A DNA stretch of 64,000 nt from a virus, in IMG/VR virus record IMGVR_UViG_3300027777_000028, positions 34,377-98,376 of that record; one strand, 5' to 3'. A program made the position numbers and the translations under genes. Below, in pieces: positions 40,089 through 49,227 of the stretch; the first letter of the stretch is position 1; each line of letters starts with the position of its first letter. The notes under the pieces are model-generated. The model saw only the letters and a list, made by a program, of their open reading frames with translations, was not told the DNA's origin and ran no database searches.

Positions 40089-40307
40089 ATGAGCGACGAT
40101 ATTATCAGACCAAAAATCGACTTACGACAACAACAAACAATTAAATGTGAAAAGTGTGAGTCAAAGTTCTTTAAAGAAATAACAATGTTGAAGAAAGTTC
40201 CAAAATTATTAACAGGAAGTCATGAAGACACAATTGTTCCATTCCCAACTTACATGTGTAATGATTGTGGTCATGTGAATTCTGACTTTGAATTATTCAT
40301 TGACTAA
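40089..40307 (+). CDS. Zn-ribbon protein
   Basis: CEKC...CNDCGH. Confidence 0.75.
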   Translation: MSDDIIRPKIDLRQQQTIKCEKCESKFFKEITMLKKVPKLLTGSHEDTIVPFPTYMCNDCGHVNSDFELFID

Positions 40308-40453
40308 TGGAAATAGGAAAAATGACTATTACTGAGGCGTATCCACACCTTCAAAGTATTGCAAACCTTTATGGTTTAAAACTTAATAGAGCGAAAGAAT
40401 TCAAATTGGCAAGGGCTATTTTAATTAATCTTTATTGTAGAGAATTATGTTAA
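40307..40453 (+). CDS. 48-aa hypothetical protein, not in the ORF track
   Basis: MEIGKMTITEAYPHLQSIANLYGLKLNRAKEFKLARAILINLYCRELC*; TAATG coupling, fills the gap exactly. Confidence 0.6.
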   Translation: MEIGKMTITEAYPHLQSIANLYGLKLNRAKEFKLARAILINLYCRELC

Positions 40454-40698
40454 GTTATAAAGAATTTTATATTTGGTTAGAAGGATTCATGACCAACAGA
40501 GATTGGACAACAATCAGACAGGTTGATATTGAAACTATCCAAGACAAGATGAAAGAGGTTAACGACGAACCACAGGAGTCAATTAAGATTACTCCATTTG
40601 AAAGAATACCGGTACCAATTAATCCTTTTCCAAAAATAGACCCATACCAACCACCATTTGAAGTATATTGCGGAGATAAAACACAATTAAACGATTAA
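40447..40698 (+). CDS. Hypothetical protein
   Basis: EFYIWLEGF motif typical of small phage proteins. Confidence 0.65.
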   Translation: MLSYKEFYIWLEGFMTNRDWTTIRQVDIETIQDKMKEVNDEPQESIKITPFERIPVPINPFPKIDPYQPPFEVYCGDKTQLND

Positions 40699-40702
40699 AA
40701 TT

Positions 40703-40897
40703 ATGAAAACAGAAATTAATGAGATGGCAATTACTCAACAAGTAAAAATTGCATTAGAAAACTCCAACTTAGATGTTGTTGTTACACCGATTATGTTTGA
40801 CCCCGACGCATTTAATCCTGTGTTAGGTGTATTAGTAAAAAACGAAGATTCAAGTTATAGTAGAAAATACACAATAACGGTTAAACCGAACAATTAA
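40703..40897 (+). CDS. Hypothetical protein
   Basis: Collinear small ORF. Confidence 0.6.
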   Translation: MKTEINEMAITQQVKIALENSNLDVVVTPIMFDPDAFNPVLGVLVKNEDSSYSRKYTITVKPNN

Positions 40898-41677
40898 ATG
40901 ATTAAAAAGTTAATACATTTTTCTGATCTACACATCCGTCTTTTTAAAGATCACGATTTGTATAAATCAATTTTGGAAACTGCAATTGAACAATGGAGAG
41001 AGTTAGAACCTGATCGTATTGTATTTACGGGAGATCTTGTTCATTCTAAAAACCAAATGACACCTGAACTTATTGAGATGGTTAGATGGTTATTGACTGA
41101 ATGTTCTAGTATTGCAAAAACAATCATTATACTTGGAAACCATGATACAAATTTAAACAATCAAGACAGGTTAGACTCCATTACACCTATTGTAAATACC
41201 TTACACGATGAAAATATTTTATACTTCAAAGATAGAGGTGTATATGAAGATGAAAACATCAGTTGGTGTGTGTATTCACAATATCAAGGAAATATTCCAC
41301 CTGACATTACAGAATCAAAAGGTAAAAGAATTGGATTGTTTCACGGACCAATTCAAGGAATGAAAACAGACCTTGGATTTGACTTTGGTGAAGAGGCTTA
41401 TGACGTTGAAAAGTTTGATGGACTTGAAACCGTACTATGTGGAGATATTCATAAAAGACAAGAGTTTAAATTCAATACGGGAAAGGGTTATATGATTGGG
41501 TCTATAATTCAGCAGAACATCGGTGAGAGTATTGGAAAACACGGTTATGGTATTTATGATGTTGAAACAAAGGAATATAAATACGTTGATCTACCAAACC
41601 CAAAACCATTTTTGAAGTTCTCCATAAAATCATTTGAAGATATTGAAAATGGATTTGAAAAACTCCAAAATATTTAA
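40898..41677 (+). CDS. SbcD/Mre11/gp47-like metallophosphoesterase nuclease (short, catalytic domain only)
   Basis: FSDLH, FTGDLVH, LGNHD, LFHG, GDIHKRQ, GSIIQQNIGE. Confidence 0.85.
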   Translation: MIKKLIHFSDLHIRLFKDHDLYKSILETAIEQWRELEPDRIVFTGDLVHSKNQMTPELIEMVRWLLTECSSIAKTIIILGNHDTNLNNQDRLDSITPIVNTLHDENILYFKDRGVYEDENISWCVYSQYQGNIPPDITESKGKRIGLFHGPIQGMKTDLGFDFGEEAYDVEKFDGLETVLCGDIHKRQEFKFNTGKGYMIGSIIQQNIGESIGKHGYGIYDVETKEYKYVDLPNPKPFLKFSIKSFEDIENGFEKLQNI

Positions 41678-42437
41678 TAGTCAAACAATGCAGGCGGTGT
41701 CTGCATTTTGTGAATCACAGGAAATTAAAGATATTGATAATTTTATTTACCTATGTTTCAAACAGGGATTTGATATAAAGAAGTATGGTCTTTTGGGAAA
41801 AACACTTAATGAAGGTGAAAAAGACTTAAAAACGGTTGGAGTTGAAGAAAAACAATTAATAAAAGAGATAATTGTTGAAAAACTGGTGGAAGTTCCTGTT
41901 GAAGTAATCAAAGAGGTTGAAAAAATAGTTGAGGTTATTAAAGAAATACCTGTTGAGGTTATTAAAGAGGTTGAAAAAATTGTCACAAAAATAGAATACA
42001 TTAGTGACAAAACAACTGAAAATGAACTGTTGTTAAAAATACAACAGTTGGAAATCGAACTGTCAAGAAATTCCGAACAGTTGGATGAATTGTTGTCAAA
42101 AATAGAACACTTAAACGGAGAAATTTCGATTAAGTCCACAGAAATTGACAACATTAGACAAGAATTTTCAATTAAAACAAAAGAAATAAAAAATTTTTAT
42201 CAAAATGAAATGTCTAAAAAAGATAATGAGTTAGACGAACTTAGACATAATTTAGACGATCCCGTAACAAATAATAAGGTAAATATGTTACAAGAGACTT
42301 TACAAAATCTAAGAAATGAACTACAACAAAAGAACGAACAAATAAAAGAATTAGAAAAAATAAACAGAGACTTTTTGAATGGTAATCAAAATCAAGCATA
42401 CCTCCTTAAAGGATCAAATTTAAATAGAAAATTATGA
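41634..42437 (+). CDS. Coiled-coil protein with EKIVEVPVEVIKEV repeats
   Basis: VPV/IPV repeats followed by a long heptad region. Confidence 0.7.
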   Translation: MKILKMDLKNSKIFNSQTMQAVSAFCESQEIKDIDNFIYLCFKQGFDIKKYGLLGKTLNEGEKDLKTVGVEEKQLIKEIIVEKLVEVPVEVIKEVEKIVEVIKEIPVEVIKEVEKIVTKIEYISDKTTENELLLKIQQLEIELSRNSEQLDELLSKIEHLNGEISIKSTEIDNIRQEFSIKTKEIKNFYQNEMSKKDNELDELRHNLDDPVTNNKVNMLQETLQNLRNELQQKNEQIKELEKINRDFLNGNQNQAYLLKGSNLNRKL

Positions 42438-42508
42438 TAACAGAAATTTTAGTATGGTTTATAATGAGTTATGGTAGATCTAACCTAAATGATGGTTTAT
42501 ATAAATAA
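42434..42508 (+). pseudogene. Truncated 5' remnant homologous to the start of gene 43291-43641
   Basis: MITEILVWFIMSYGRSNL aligns without gaps to MTQLILWIIIAYGLSNI (T, W, I, YG, SN identical), then stops after 24 codons. Confidence 0.7.
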
Positions 42509-42571
42509 AATTATGTAAAACATATAGGACATTTTATAAATAACACATATTTATATAAAAAAAATATAATT

Positions 42572-43294
42572 ATGAAAGTATGTAAAAAATGTAATTTGAA
42601 AAAAACATATGAAGAATTTTCTAATAATAAAAATGAAAAAGATGGAAAAAATTCATATTGTAAAGAATGTGAAAAAAATAGGAAAAAACTTTACAGAGAA
42701 AAAAATAAAGATATATTAAATGAAAAAGCGAGAGAATGGAGAAAAAATAATCTCGATAGATATAACGAGAATATGAATAGATATTTGGAAAAAAATCCAC
42801 ATATGACCTCAAAGGAAAGAGCCCGAAAATATAGGGAAAAACAAGAATGGAGAGATAAATTTAATGAATCATGTAGGAAATATTATCTTAAGAACATCGA
42901 AGAAGAAAGAAAAAAAAGAAGAGAATATTATTTTAAAAACAAAGAAAAAGAAAGAAAAAAAAACGATGAGTGGAGAAAAAATAAATTAAAAACTGATGGT
43001 TTTTTTAGAATGAAAAGGAGATTAAGAGAAAGAATCAGGGATTACATGAAAGGAAACCATATTGGTAAAAAAACCAAAGAAATTGTGGGTCTTGATTATG
43101 AAGAATTCAAAACTTATATTTCTAATAAGTTTACTGAAAATATGAATTGGGATAATTATGGTGATTGGCATTTAGACCATATTATACCACTCTGCGAGGC
43201 TAAGACTGAAGAAGAACTATTTAAACTAAATCACTATACAAACCTTCAACCGTTATGGGCTGAAGATAATTTAAAAAAAAATAGAAAATTATGA
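42572..43294 (+). mobile_element. Free-standing HNH homing endonuclease gene
   Basis: N-terminal CKKC...YCKEC, basic helical linker, C-terminal WHLDHIIPL...NHYTNLQPLWAEDNLKK. Confidence 0.8.
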
Positions 43295-43641
43295 CACAAT
43301 TGATACTATGGATTATTATTGCTTACGGATTAAGTAACATTGTTGTTTACGGAAGTATTTTTAACGGACCGAGAAATAAAATTAATAAATGGGCGGAAAA
43401 TGAATGGACAGCATTTAATGGTGTTTGGGTTTTTATATCTAATATGATTAAATGTATGATGTGTTTTGGGTTTCATTGTGGATGGTTCTTATCCATTACA
43501 ATTTACTCACCAACATACCAAATATTGGAAGTTACTCCTTGGGCATCTTGGTTCTTTGATGCTTTTTTAGCTTCAGGAGCGGTATGGGCGATAAATGGTG
43601 TAATAGAATGGTTTGAAGAAAATAGACCTAGTAATAATTAA
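43291..43641 (+). CDS. Small membrane protein, DUF1360-like
   Basis: Three hydrophobic segments and a CMMCFGFHCGW motif. Confidence 0.7.
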   Translation: MTQLILWIIIAYGLSNIVVYGSIFNGPRNKINKWAENEWTAFNGVWVFISNMIKCMMCFGFHCGWFLSITIYSPTYQILEVTPWASWFFDAFLASGAVWAINGVIEWFEENRPSNN

Positions 43642-43651
43642 AAATAAATAA

Positions 43652-43816
43652 ATGGAAACAAAAAAAGTTATCGAAGTAAATCTCGGAGTTGGAATGGATC
43701 AGATTTTTCCACAACCAATACAAATTGTTGTAAGCGACGAAATTGAAGAAATGAGAGATGAATATCCTGCAAATGTAGAAGGATCAGAAGAATTTAATAA
43801 TTTTAATAATAAATAA
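43652..43816 (+). CDS. 54-aa acidic hypothetical protein, not in the ORF track
   Basis: METKKVIEVNLGVGMDQIFPQPIQIVVSDEIEEMRDEY...NK*; fills the gap between two genes. Confidence 0.55.
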   Translation: METKKVIEVNLGVGMDQIFPQPIQIVVSDEIEEMRDEYPANVEGSEEFNNFNNK

Positions 43817-43818
43817 AA

Positions 43819-44118
43819 ATGGGGAAAGCAGCAAAAAAACACAGAGCAAAAGTAGCGGCAAGAAATTTAAGATTGTCACAAAAAAAATCAGCAATGCAAA
43901 AAGCATTTGACACTTTGATACAACAACAAATGGAAAAAATGAAAGAAGACCAAGAGTTAACAGCTCAAGTTGGAGATCAAGAAATGAATTTTGAAATTGT
44001 TGAAGATAGAGTTGTTGAACACGCATTTAAATTCACACCAAACGAAGAAGAGTCGGCAAAAATCAATAAAGAATTTGATGAGGTTTTTGAAGAAGAAGAA
44101 ACATCCGAGAACCAATAA
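43819..44118 (+). CDS. Hypothetical protein, basic N-terminus and acidic C-terminus
   Basis: MGKAAKKHRAKVAARN...EEEETSENQ. Confidence 0.7.
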   Translation: MGKAAKKHRAKVAARNLRLSQKKSAMQKAFDTLIQQQMEKMKEDQELTAQVGDQEMNFEIVEDRVVEHAFKFTPNEEESAKINKEFDEVFEEEETSENQ

Positions 44119-44126
44119 AGATTGAT

Positions 44127-46499
44127 ATGGATTTATTCAATCCACCAAAATTATTTAATTACAACATAATGATAAAAGATTTAGACTTTTCAAAGTTTGA
44201 AAACCCGACGATACAAGTCGTATGGGAAGATTTACCAGAAAATTTTACACAAGACAAACTTAAAAGTGTTAAACATTATTTTTCAAAAAAGTATAACACA
44301 ACAAACGTTAATGTTTTAACAAAGGCAAAGAATGTTGAAACTGAAACAACACAAAGTATTGATGTGTCGGTGAATATTACTGACACACAATACCAACTTG
44401 ATCTTATTACCAATTACCTTAAATCAAAAGGACATGAAGACAAAAGTGATGATGTGTTAAACATCAACAGAATGGTTGAAAATAAAATGTCTGGTGATGA
44501 AGAAACTTCAGCACAATTTAAGAAATGGTATATTCGAAATATTGAGTTTTCAAACTTTTTATCATACGGTGAAAATCAAAGATTAGATTTTGATAAGTTA
44601 AATGGAATTGTGGTGGTTGAATCTGATCCTCCTAATTTCGGTGGAAAAACCGTATTAACGGTGGATCTTTTAATGTTTTTGTTTTTTAACGAAACAACAA
44701 AGACAACAAAGGCCGAAGAAATATTTAACCGATTTTCAAACAAAGACAAAGTTCATGTTAAAGGTGAAATCACAATTGATGGTGAAGATTATATTATTGT
44801 TAGAAACATCGAAAGAAAAATGTCCAAAAAGGGTGAATGGAATGTCAAAACCGAATTGGACTTCTTTAAAAAATTATCTGATGGGTCTTTATTAAATTTT
44901 ACGGGAGAACAAAGAAGAGAAACCGAGGCCTTCATTAAAAATTCAATTGGAACAAAAGAGGACTTTTTAATGACAATTCTTACAACAGGATCAAACCTTG
45001 AAGATTTATTGGAATCAAAACCAACGGCAAGAGGTCAGGTATTATCAAGATTTATGGGACTTGAGTTTTTGAAAAGAAAAGAAGAAGTTGCAAAAGAAAT
45101 ATACTCTGAGTTCTCAAAACAAAAAATTTCAAACATATATTCTTCAGAACAATTAAAAAGTGATATTGAAACACACCAAACTTCGATCATAGAATTAAAG
45201 ACTACAATTGCGGAAAGCAAAAAAAGTTTATCTGAAGTTGATGAAGCGATTGTAAAAGGAAAAACATATCGTGATGATATGTTAAAAAGAAAAAATACCA
45301 ATATTGATCAAGAATTAAGTTTATTAAATCCTGATAAAACCAAAGATGAAATAAAAGAAATTGAACGTGAGAAATCAGGTTATTTAATAAAAATATCTGA
45401 AATTAAAGTCGTTGAACCATCTGAGTTTTACCATGAGGATAAACATGATGAGATTAAAGAACAATATAATAATGTTTATAAAGAGGTTATTCAAATTGAC
45501 ACTGAAATCGCATCAATCAACAAATTAAAGTCTTCAGTTGAGGGTGGAATTAAATGTGAACACTGTGGGATTGAGTTGATGAACGCAACAATCACAAATT
45601 CGAAAATTGCAGAATTAGATGGACTTATTGTGCAAAAAAACACAAAAACAACACTTATGACGGATTTATCCAACAAAGAACAAAGTTTTGTGAAACTCAA
45701 AAGAGAATTTGATGAATATGAAAAAAATAAGTTGGTTAAAGAAAAATATGAAATATCTGTTGAAAGTTGTGATTTAAAGATCGGTTCTTTAAACGATAAG
45801 ATTAAACGTTGGGAAGAAATACAAGATAAGATTTCTGAAAACCAAAAGATTGATTCATTGTTGATCAAAGCTGACGTTAGATTGGATGAATTGGAACTTC
45901 AAAGAAGAACGATCAGTAATTCAATTCTAACAAACGAGGGATCAATTAAATCACTTGACGAAAAGATTGATAACAACAAAAAAATGATTGTTAAAATCAA
46001 AGAGGAAGAAGAGAAAGAAAAAATCTTTAAGATCTATTTAGAACTTTATGGTAAAAATGGTATTTCAAAAATGATTATGAAAACTATGATGCCTCTAATT
46101 AATTCTGAACTACAAAGACTTATGGAAGATTCTTGTCATTTCAAATTGGAAATTAGAATTAATGATAAAAATGAGGTTGAGTTTATTATGACTGATAATG
46201 CTAGTGGTATTGAGAAATTAATGACTTCAGGATCAGGATTTGAAAAAACAATTTCATCTTTAGCTTTGAGATCAGTTCTTACTAAGATCGCAAGTTTGCC
46301 AAAACCAAATTTGGTAGTTCTCGATGAGGTGTTTGGAAAAATCGCCAATGACAACTTAGAAATGGTCTATGAGTTCTTCACTAAGATTAAAGATTACTTT
46401 GAAAAGATCTTTGTTATTAGTCATAATAGTATTGTGTCAACTTGGGGTGACCATGTGGTGAAAATTAAAAAAGAAAATAATTTGTCAAAAGTTTTGTAG
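44127..46499 (+). CDS. SbcC/Rad50/gp46-like ATPase with a ~130-aa N-terminal extension
   Basis: IEFSNFLSYG, variant Walker A PPNFGGKT, Zn hook CEHC, signature SGSGFEK, Walker B VVLDEVFG, H-loop VISHN. Confidence 0.9.
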   Translation: MDLFNPPKLFNYNIMIKDLDFSKFENPTIQVVWEDLPENFTQDKLKSVKHYFSKKYNTTNVNVLTKAKNVETETTQSIDVSVNITDTQYQLDLITNYLKSKGHEDKSDDVLNINRMVENKMSGDEETSAQFKKWYIRNIEFSNFLSYGENQRLDFDKLNGIVVVESDPPNFGGKTVLTVDLLMFLFFNETTKTTKAEEIFNRFSNKDKVHVKGEITIDGEDYIIVRNIERKMSKKGEWNVKTELDFFKKLSDGSLLNFTGEQRRETEAFIKNSIGTKEDFLMTILTTGSNLEDLLESKPTARGQVLSRFMGLEFLKRKEEVAKEIYSEFSKQKISNIYSSEQLKSDIETHQTSIIELKTTIAESKKSLSEVDEAIVKGKTYRDDMLKRKNTNIDQELSLLNPDKTKDEIKEIEREKSGYLIKISEIKVVEPSEFYHEDKHDEIKEQYNNVYKEVIQIDTEIASINKLKSSVEGGIKCEHCGIELMNATITNSKIAELDGLIVQKNTKTTLMTDLSNKEQSFVKLKREFDEYEKNKLVKEKYEISVESCDLKIGSLNDKIKRWEEIQDKISENQKIDSLLIKADVRLDELELQRRTISNSILTNEGSIKSLDEKIDNNKKMIVKIKEEEEKEKIFKIYLELYGKNGISKMIMKTMMPLINSELQRLMEDSCHFKLEIRINDKNEVEFIMTDNASGIEKLMTSGSGFEKTISSLALRSVLTKIASLPKPNLVVLDEVFGKIANDNLEMVYEFFTKIKDYFEKIFVISHNSIVSTWGDHVVKIKKENNLSKVL

Positions 46500-46523
46500 A
46501 TTGAAATATTTTTCTTAGTTTTG
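46493..46523 (+). promoter_or_regulatory. Bacteroidota-type housekeeping promoter
   Basis: TTTG (46493-46496), 19-nt spacer, TAGTTTTG (46516-46523); ATG 4 nt downstream. Confidence 0.6.
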
Positions 46524-46527
46524 TCTT

Positions 46528-47433
46528 ATGAAAACAATTTTAACCAACTACATCTCAAAAAAAATATCTAAAGACGAAAAGGCGGAAAAATCAATCCTAC
46601 AAGCGATTTTAGGTTTGGCATCATACCTCAGCATTGATGATGATTTGATTTTGGATTTTATAGAGGATGCTGAGAATGATAATATCTTTAGTTCTTTAGA
46701 TTTTATTGATGGTGGAAATTGGTGCGATAGTTTGGTTGATGAAAAATATCTACCTTTTATGAAAGAACTATTCCAATGCAGACCTATTGGATTAGGAACA
46801 CCAAACGCGGCATGTGGTGAAGGAGAATTAATGTTAATTTTATCTTCACCACAAATAACAAGACCAACACAAAATGACATATTGATTGGTGAAAAAAAAT
46901 ACAATTTAAAAGATACTAAACCAAGAATATTCTCCGAAATCACAGGTAAGGACTTAAACAAAAAACTCATAAAAATTTGTGAAGAAATCGGGTTCCAACC
47001 TAACGTATATAATTCAGTTAATACTGTACAGTTAGTTAATAAAAACTATGTTGAAAACCATTGGAACAAACAATTCGAAAATTCAACCATAGAAAATGTT
47101 AAAAAACTTTTATCCGTGTTTTTAATTTCATTATTCCCCGATAAAAAAATTGAAACCGAAAAGATCGATGAGATTATTAATAATGTTTTAGAAAATAATC
47201 TTTTGGTTTGGGATAAATGGATTAAAGAGTTGATTATTTTTATATACAAAAATGGTGTTGAAAAAAATGAGAACTTAGTTCTTATGGAGGTTAATGGTAA
47301 TGTTAAATCATTACCAAGTGATCAAAATATTTTCTCAGAAAAAGTGATGAATAATCAAATAATCTTTACTGGTGATTATTTTAGAATGAATCAAAAAAAT
47401 AAAACAGGTTTGTATTTAAATTATGTAAACTAA
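46528..47433 (+). CDS. Putative restriction-type PD-(D/E)xK-fold nuclease
   Basis: GEGELML...NDILIG...YNLK pattern with a variant catalytic motif; adjacent to a methylase. Confidence 0.45.
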   Translation: MKTILTNYISKKISKDEKAEKSILQAILGLASYLSIDDDLILDFIEDAENDNIFSSLDFIDGGNWCDSLVDEKYLPFMKELFQCRPIGLGTPNAACGEGELMLILSSPQITRPTQNDILIGEKKYNLKDTKPRIFSEITGKDLNKKLIKICEEIGFQPNVYNSVNTVQLVNKNYVENHWNKQFENSTIENVKKLLSVFLISLFPDKKIETEKIDEIINNVLENNLLVWDKWIKELIIFIYKNGVEKNENLVLMEVNGNVKSLPSDQNIFSEKVMNNQIIFTGDYFRMNQKNKTGLYLNYVN

Positions 47434-47469
47434 GTTTACATATTTTTAATTTGATTGATATTTATTAAT

Positions 47470-48636
47470 ATGGATAAAGTAAAAAATTTTGGTCAGGTAT
47501 TCACCCCCGATAACATTGTGGATTTAATGATTAATCTATCAAAAAACCAAGGTAATATTTTAGAACCGAGTTCTGGTGATGGTGCCTTCACTAAAAAATT
47601 AAAGTTAATCCCAAACAGAGAATCTATGTCAATAGAAATTGACGAAATTTATAGTAATGATGACAATGTTATTATGGATTTTTTTGATCTACCATTAGAA
47701 TCAAAGTTTGATACCATAATAGGAAACCCGCCTTATGTTGCCTTTAAAAACATATTACCAGATACTATTAGTAAAATTCAAAATATAGAAACATTAAATG
47801 GTTTTGATAATAGAACAAATCTTTTTATTTATTTTGTTAGAAAATGTATTGATCATTTAACAGATAATGGTGAAATTATTTTTATAACCCCAAGAGAATT
47901 TATAAAACAAACCTCATCGATAAAATTGAATAATACATTGTATGAATACGGTACAATCACAGATTGGTATGAATACGGAGATAAAAATCTTTTTAAGGGA
48001 TACTCCCCGAATGTTGTTATTTGGAGATTTGAAAAAAATAATTTCACAAGAAAAACTAACACGTCAAATGGTGAAAAAAACTTCATAATTAGAAACGGAC
48101 AAGTATTATTCACTGATAATAATTTTACTGTTAAATTTAATGACCTTTTTTTTGTTAAAGTGGGTGCGGTTAGTGGGGCTGATGATATATTTACGAATGA
48201 TTTGGGTAATAAAAATTTTGTTTGTTCATTCACCAAAAAAACTGGAGAATTGAAAACTATGTATTATGAAGTAATAAACAACCATTTGACTCAAAATAAA
48301 GAAAAATTATTAACTCGAAAAATAAAAAAATTTGATGACACAAATTGGTGGAAATGGGGTAGAGGATATTATGAGAGTAATTCAGAAAGGATTTATGTTA
48401 ATTGTAAAACAAGAGATAATAATCCTTTTTTTACTAATGATTGTAAAAATTATGACGGATCCGTTCTTGCAATTTTTCCTAAGAAAAAAATTAATATTGA
48501 ACAAGTGGTTAATGATTTAAACTCCGTGGATTGGGATGATTTAGGGTTCAAAGTTGGAGGAAGGTTAGTTTTTTCTCAAAAATCATTAGAGAATACTTAT
48601 TTACCTGATTTTTTTTGTGAATATTTTGATAACTAA
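47470..48636 (+). CDS. N6-adenine DNA methyltransferase, gamma class (TaqI/Eco57I-like)
   Basis: FGQVFTP, motif I LEPSSGDGAF, motif IV IIGNPPY and a C-terminal TRD; ATG 47470 preferred over TTG 47455. Confidence 0.9.
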   Translation: MDKVKNFGQVFTPDNIVDLMINLSKNQGNILEPSSGDGAFTKKLKLIPNRESMSIEIDEIYSNDDNVIMDFFDLPLESKFDTIIGNPPYVAFKNILPDTISKIQNIETLNGFDNRTNLFIYFVRKCIDHLTDNGEIIFITPREFIKQTSSIKLNNTLYEYGTITDWYEYGDKNLFKGYSPNVVIWRFEKNNFTRKTNTSNGEKNFIIRNGQVLFTDNNFTVKFNDLFFVKVGAVSGADDIFTNDLGNKNFVCSFTKKTGELKTMYYEVINNHLTQNKEKLLTRKIKKFDDTNWWKWGRGYYESNSERIYVNCKTRDNNPFFTNDCKNYDGSVLAIFPKKKINIEQVVNDLNSVDWDDLGFKVGGRLVFSQKSLENTYLPDFFCEYFDN

Positions 48637-48661
48637 TTGAAACAAATCCCAACTTTATTCT

Positions 48662-48669
48662 TATATTTG
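48662..48669 (+). promoter_or_regulatory. Bacteroidota-type -7 element
   Basis: TATATTTG (TAnnTTTG) upstream of 48694 and the sigma factor gene. Confidence 0.5.
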
Positions 48670-48693
48670 TAGAACAATCTAAAACACGAAAAA

Positions 48694-49218
48694 ATGAATT
48701 ACTTACTTTTTACTTATTTTGACAACACAGTAGAAAATGCAGAAGAAAAAACCCAAGAAATCGGAACCAAACTAGCAGAACACATGACAAGTGGTCAAGT
48801 CAAATTTATGTTTGGTGAAAAACATTCAATTTTCCATTTTGCATACAAAGGAGATTTTCAAGATGTTTCAGACATATTGTTTTTTATTTCAGAGGAAGTT
48901 TCTGGTTTTGAATATGTTGTCATCAAAAAATCAAAAGACTACGCATCAAATTTCGAGAAAGACAACCTTGATCATTTAATGTCGTTGAGAACAGTAAAAC
49001 CAAAAAAACAAAACCCAGAGCCACCAAAATTAAGAACAAAAAATCTTGGAAACAACGAACCATTTTTTGATATTGCAGATCTTATTATGAATTTCAAACG
49101 GCCTGAAATTTGTGATATGACACTTGACGAACTACTTGATAAAATTGGTAGTGAAGGTATGGAATCATTATCAGAATTGGAAAGAAAAAAATTAGACGAG
49201 TATTCAAAATCACTTTAA
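48694..49218 (+). CDS. Hypothetical protein with a C-terminal DUF6576-like helical motif
   Basis: LDELLDKIGSEGMESLSELERKKLD. Confidence 0.65.
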   Translation: MNYLLFTYFDNTVENAEEKTQEIGTKLAEHMTSGQVKFMFGEKHSIFHFAYKGDFQDVSDILFFISEEVSGFEYVVIKKSKDYASNFEKDNLDHLMSLRTVKPKKQNPEPPKLRTKNLGNNEPFFDIADLIMNFKRPEICDMTLDELLDKIGSEGMESLSELERKKLDEYSKSL

Positions 49219-49227
49219 TAAACATAT

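Noticed and set aside
42434-43294. Group I intron carrying the HNH gene
   Set aside because: Only about 60 AT-rich non-coding nt flank the ORF, too little for a ribozyme core, and the downstream gene has its own complete start.
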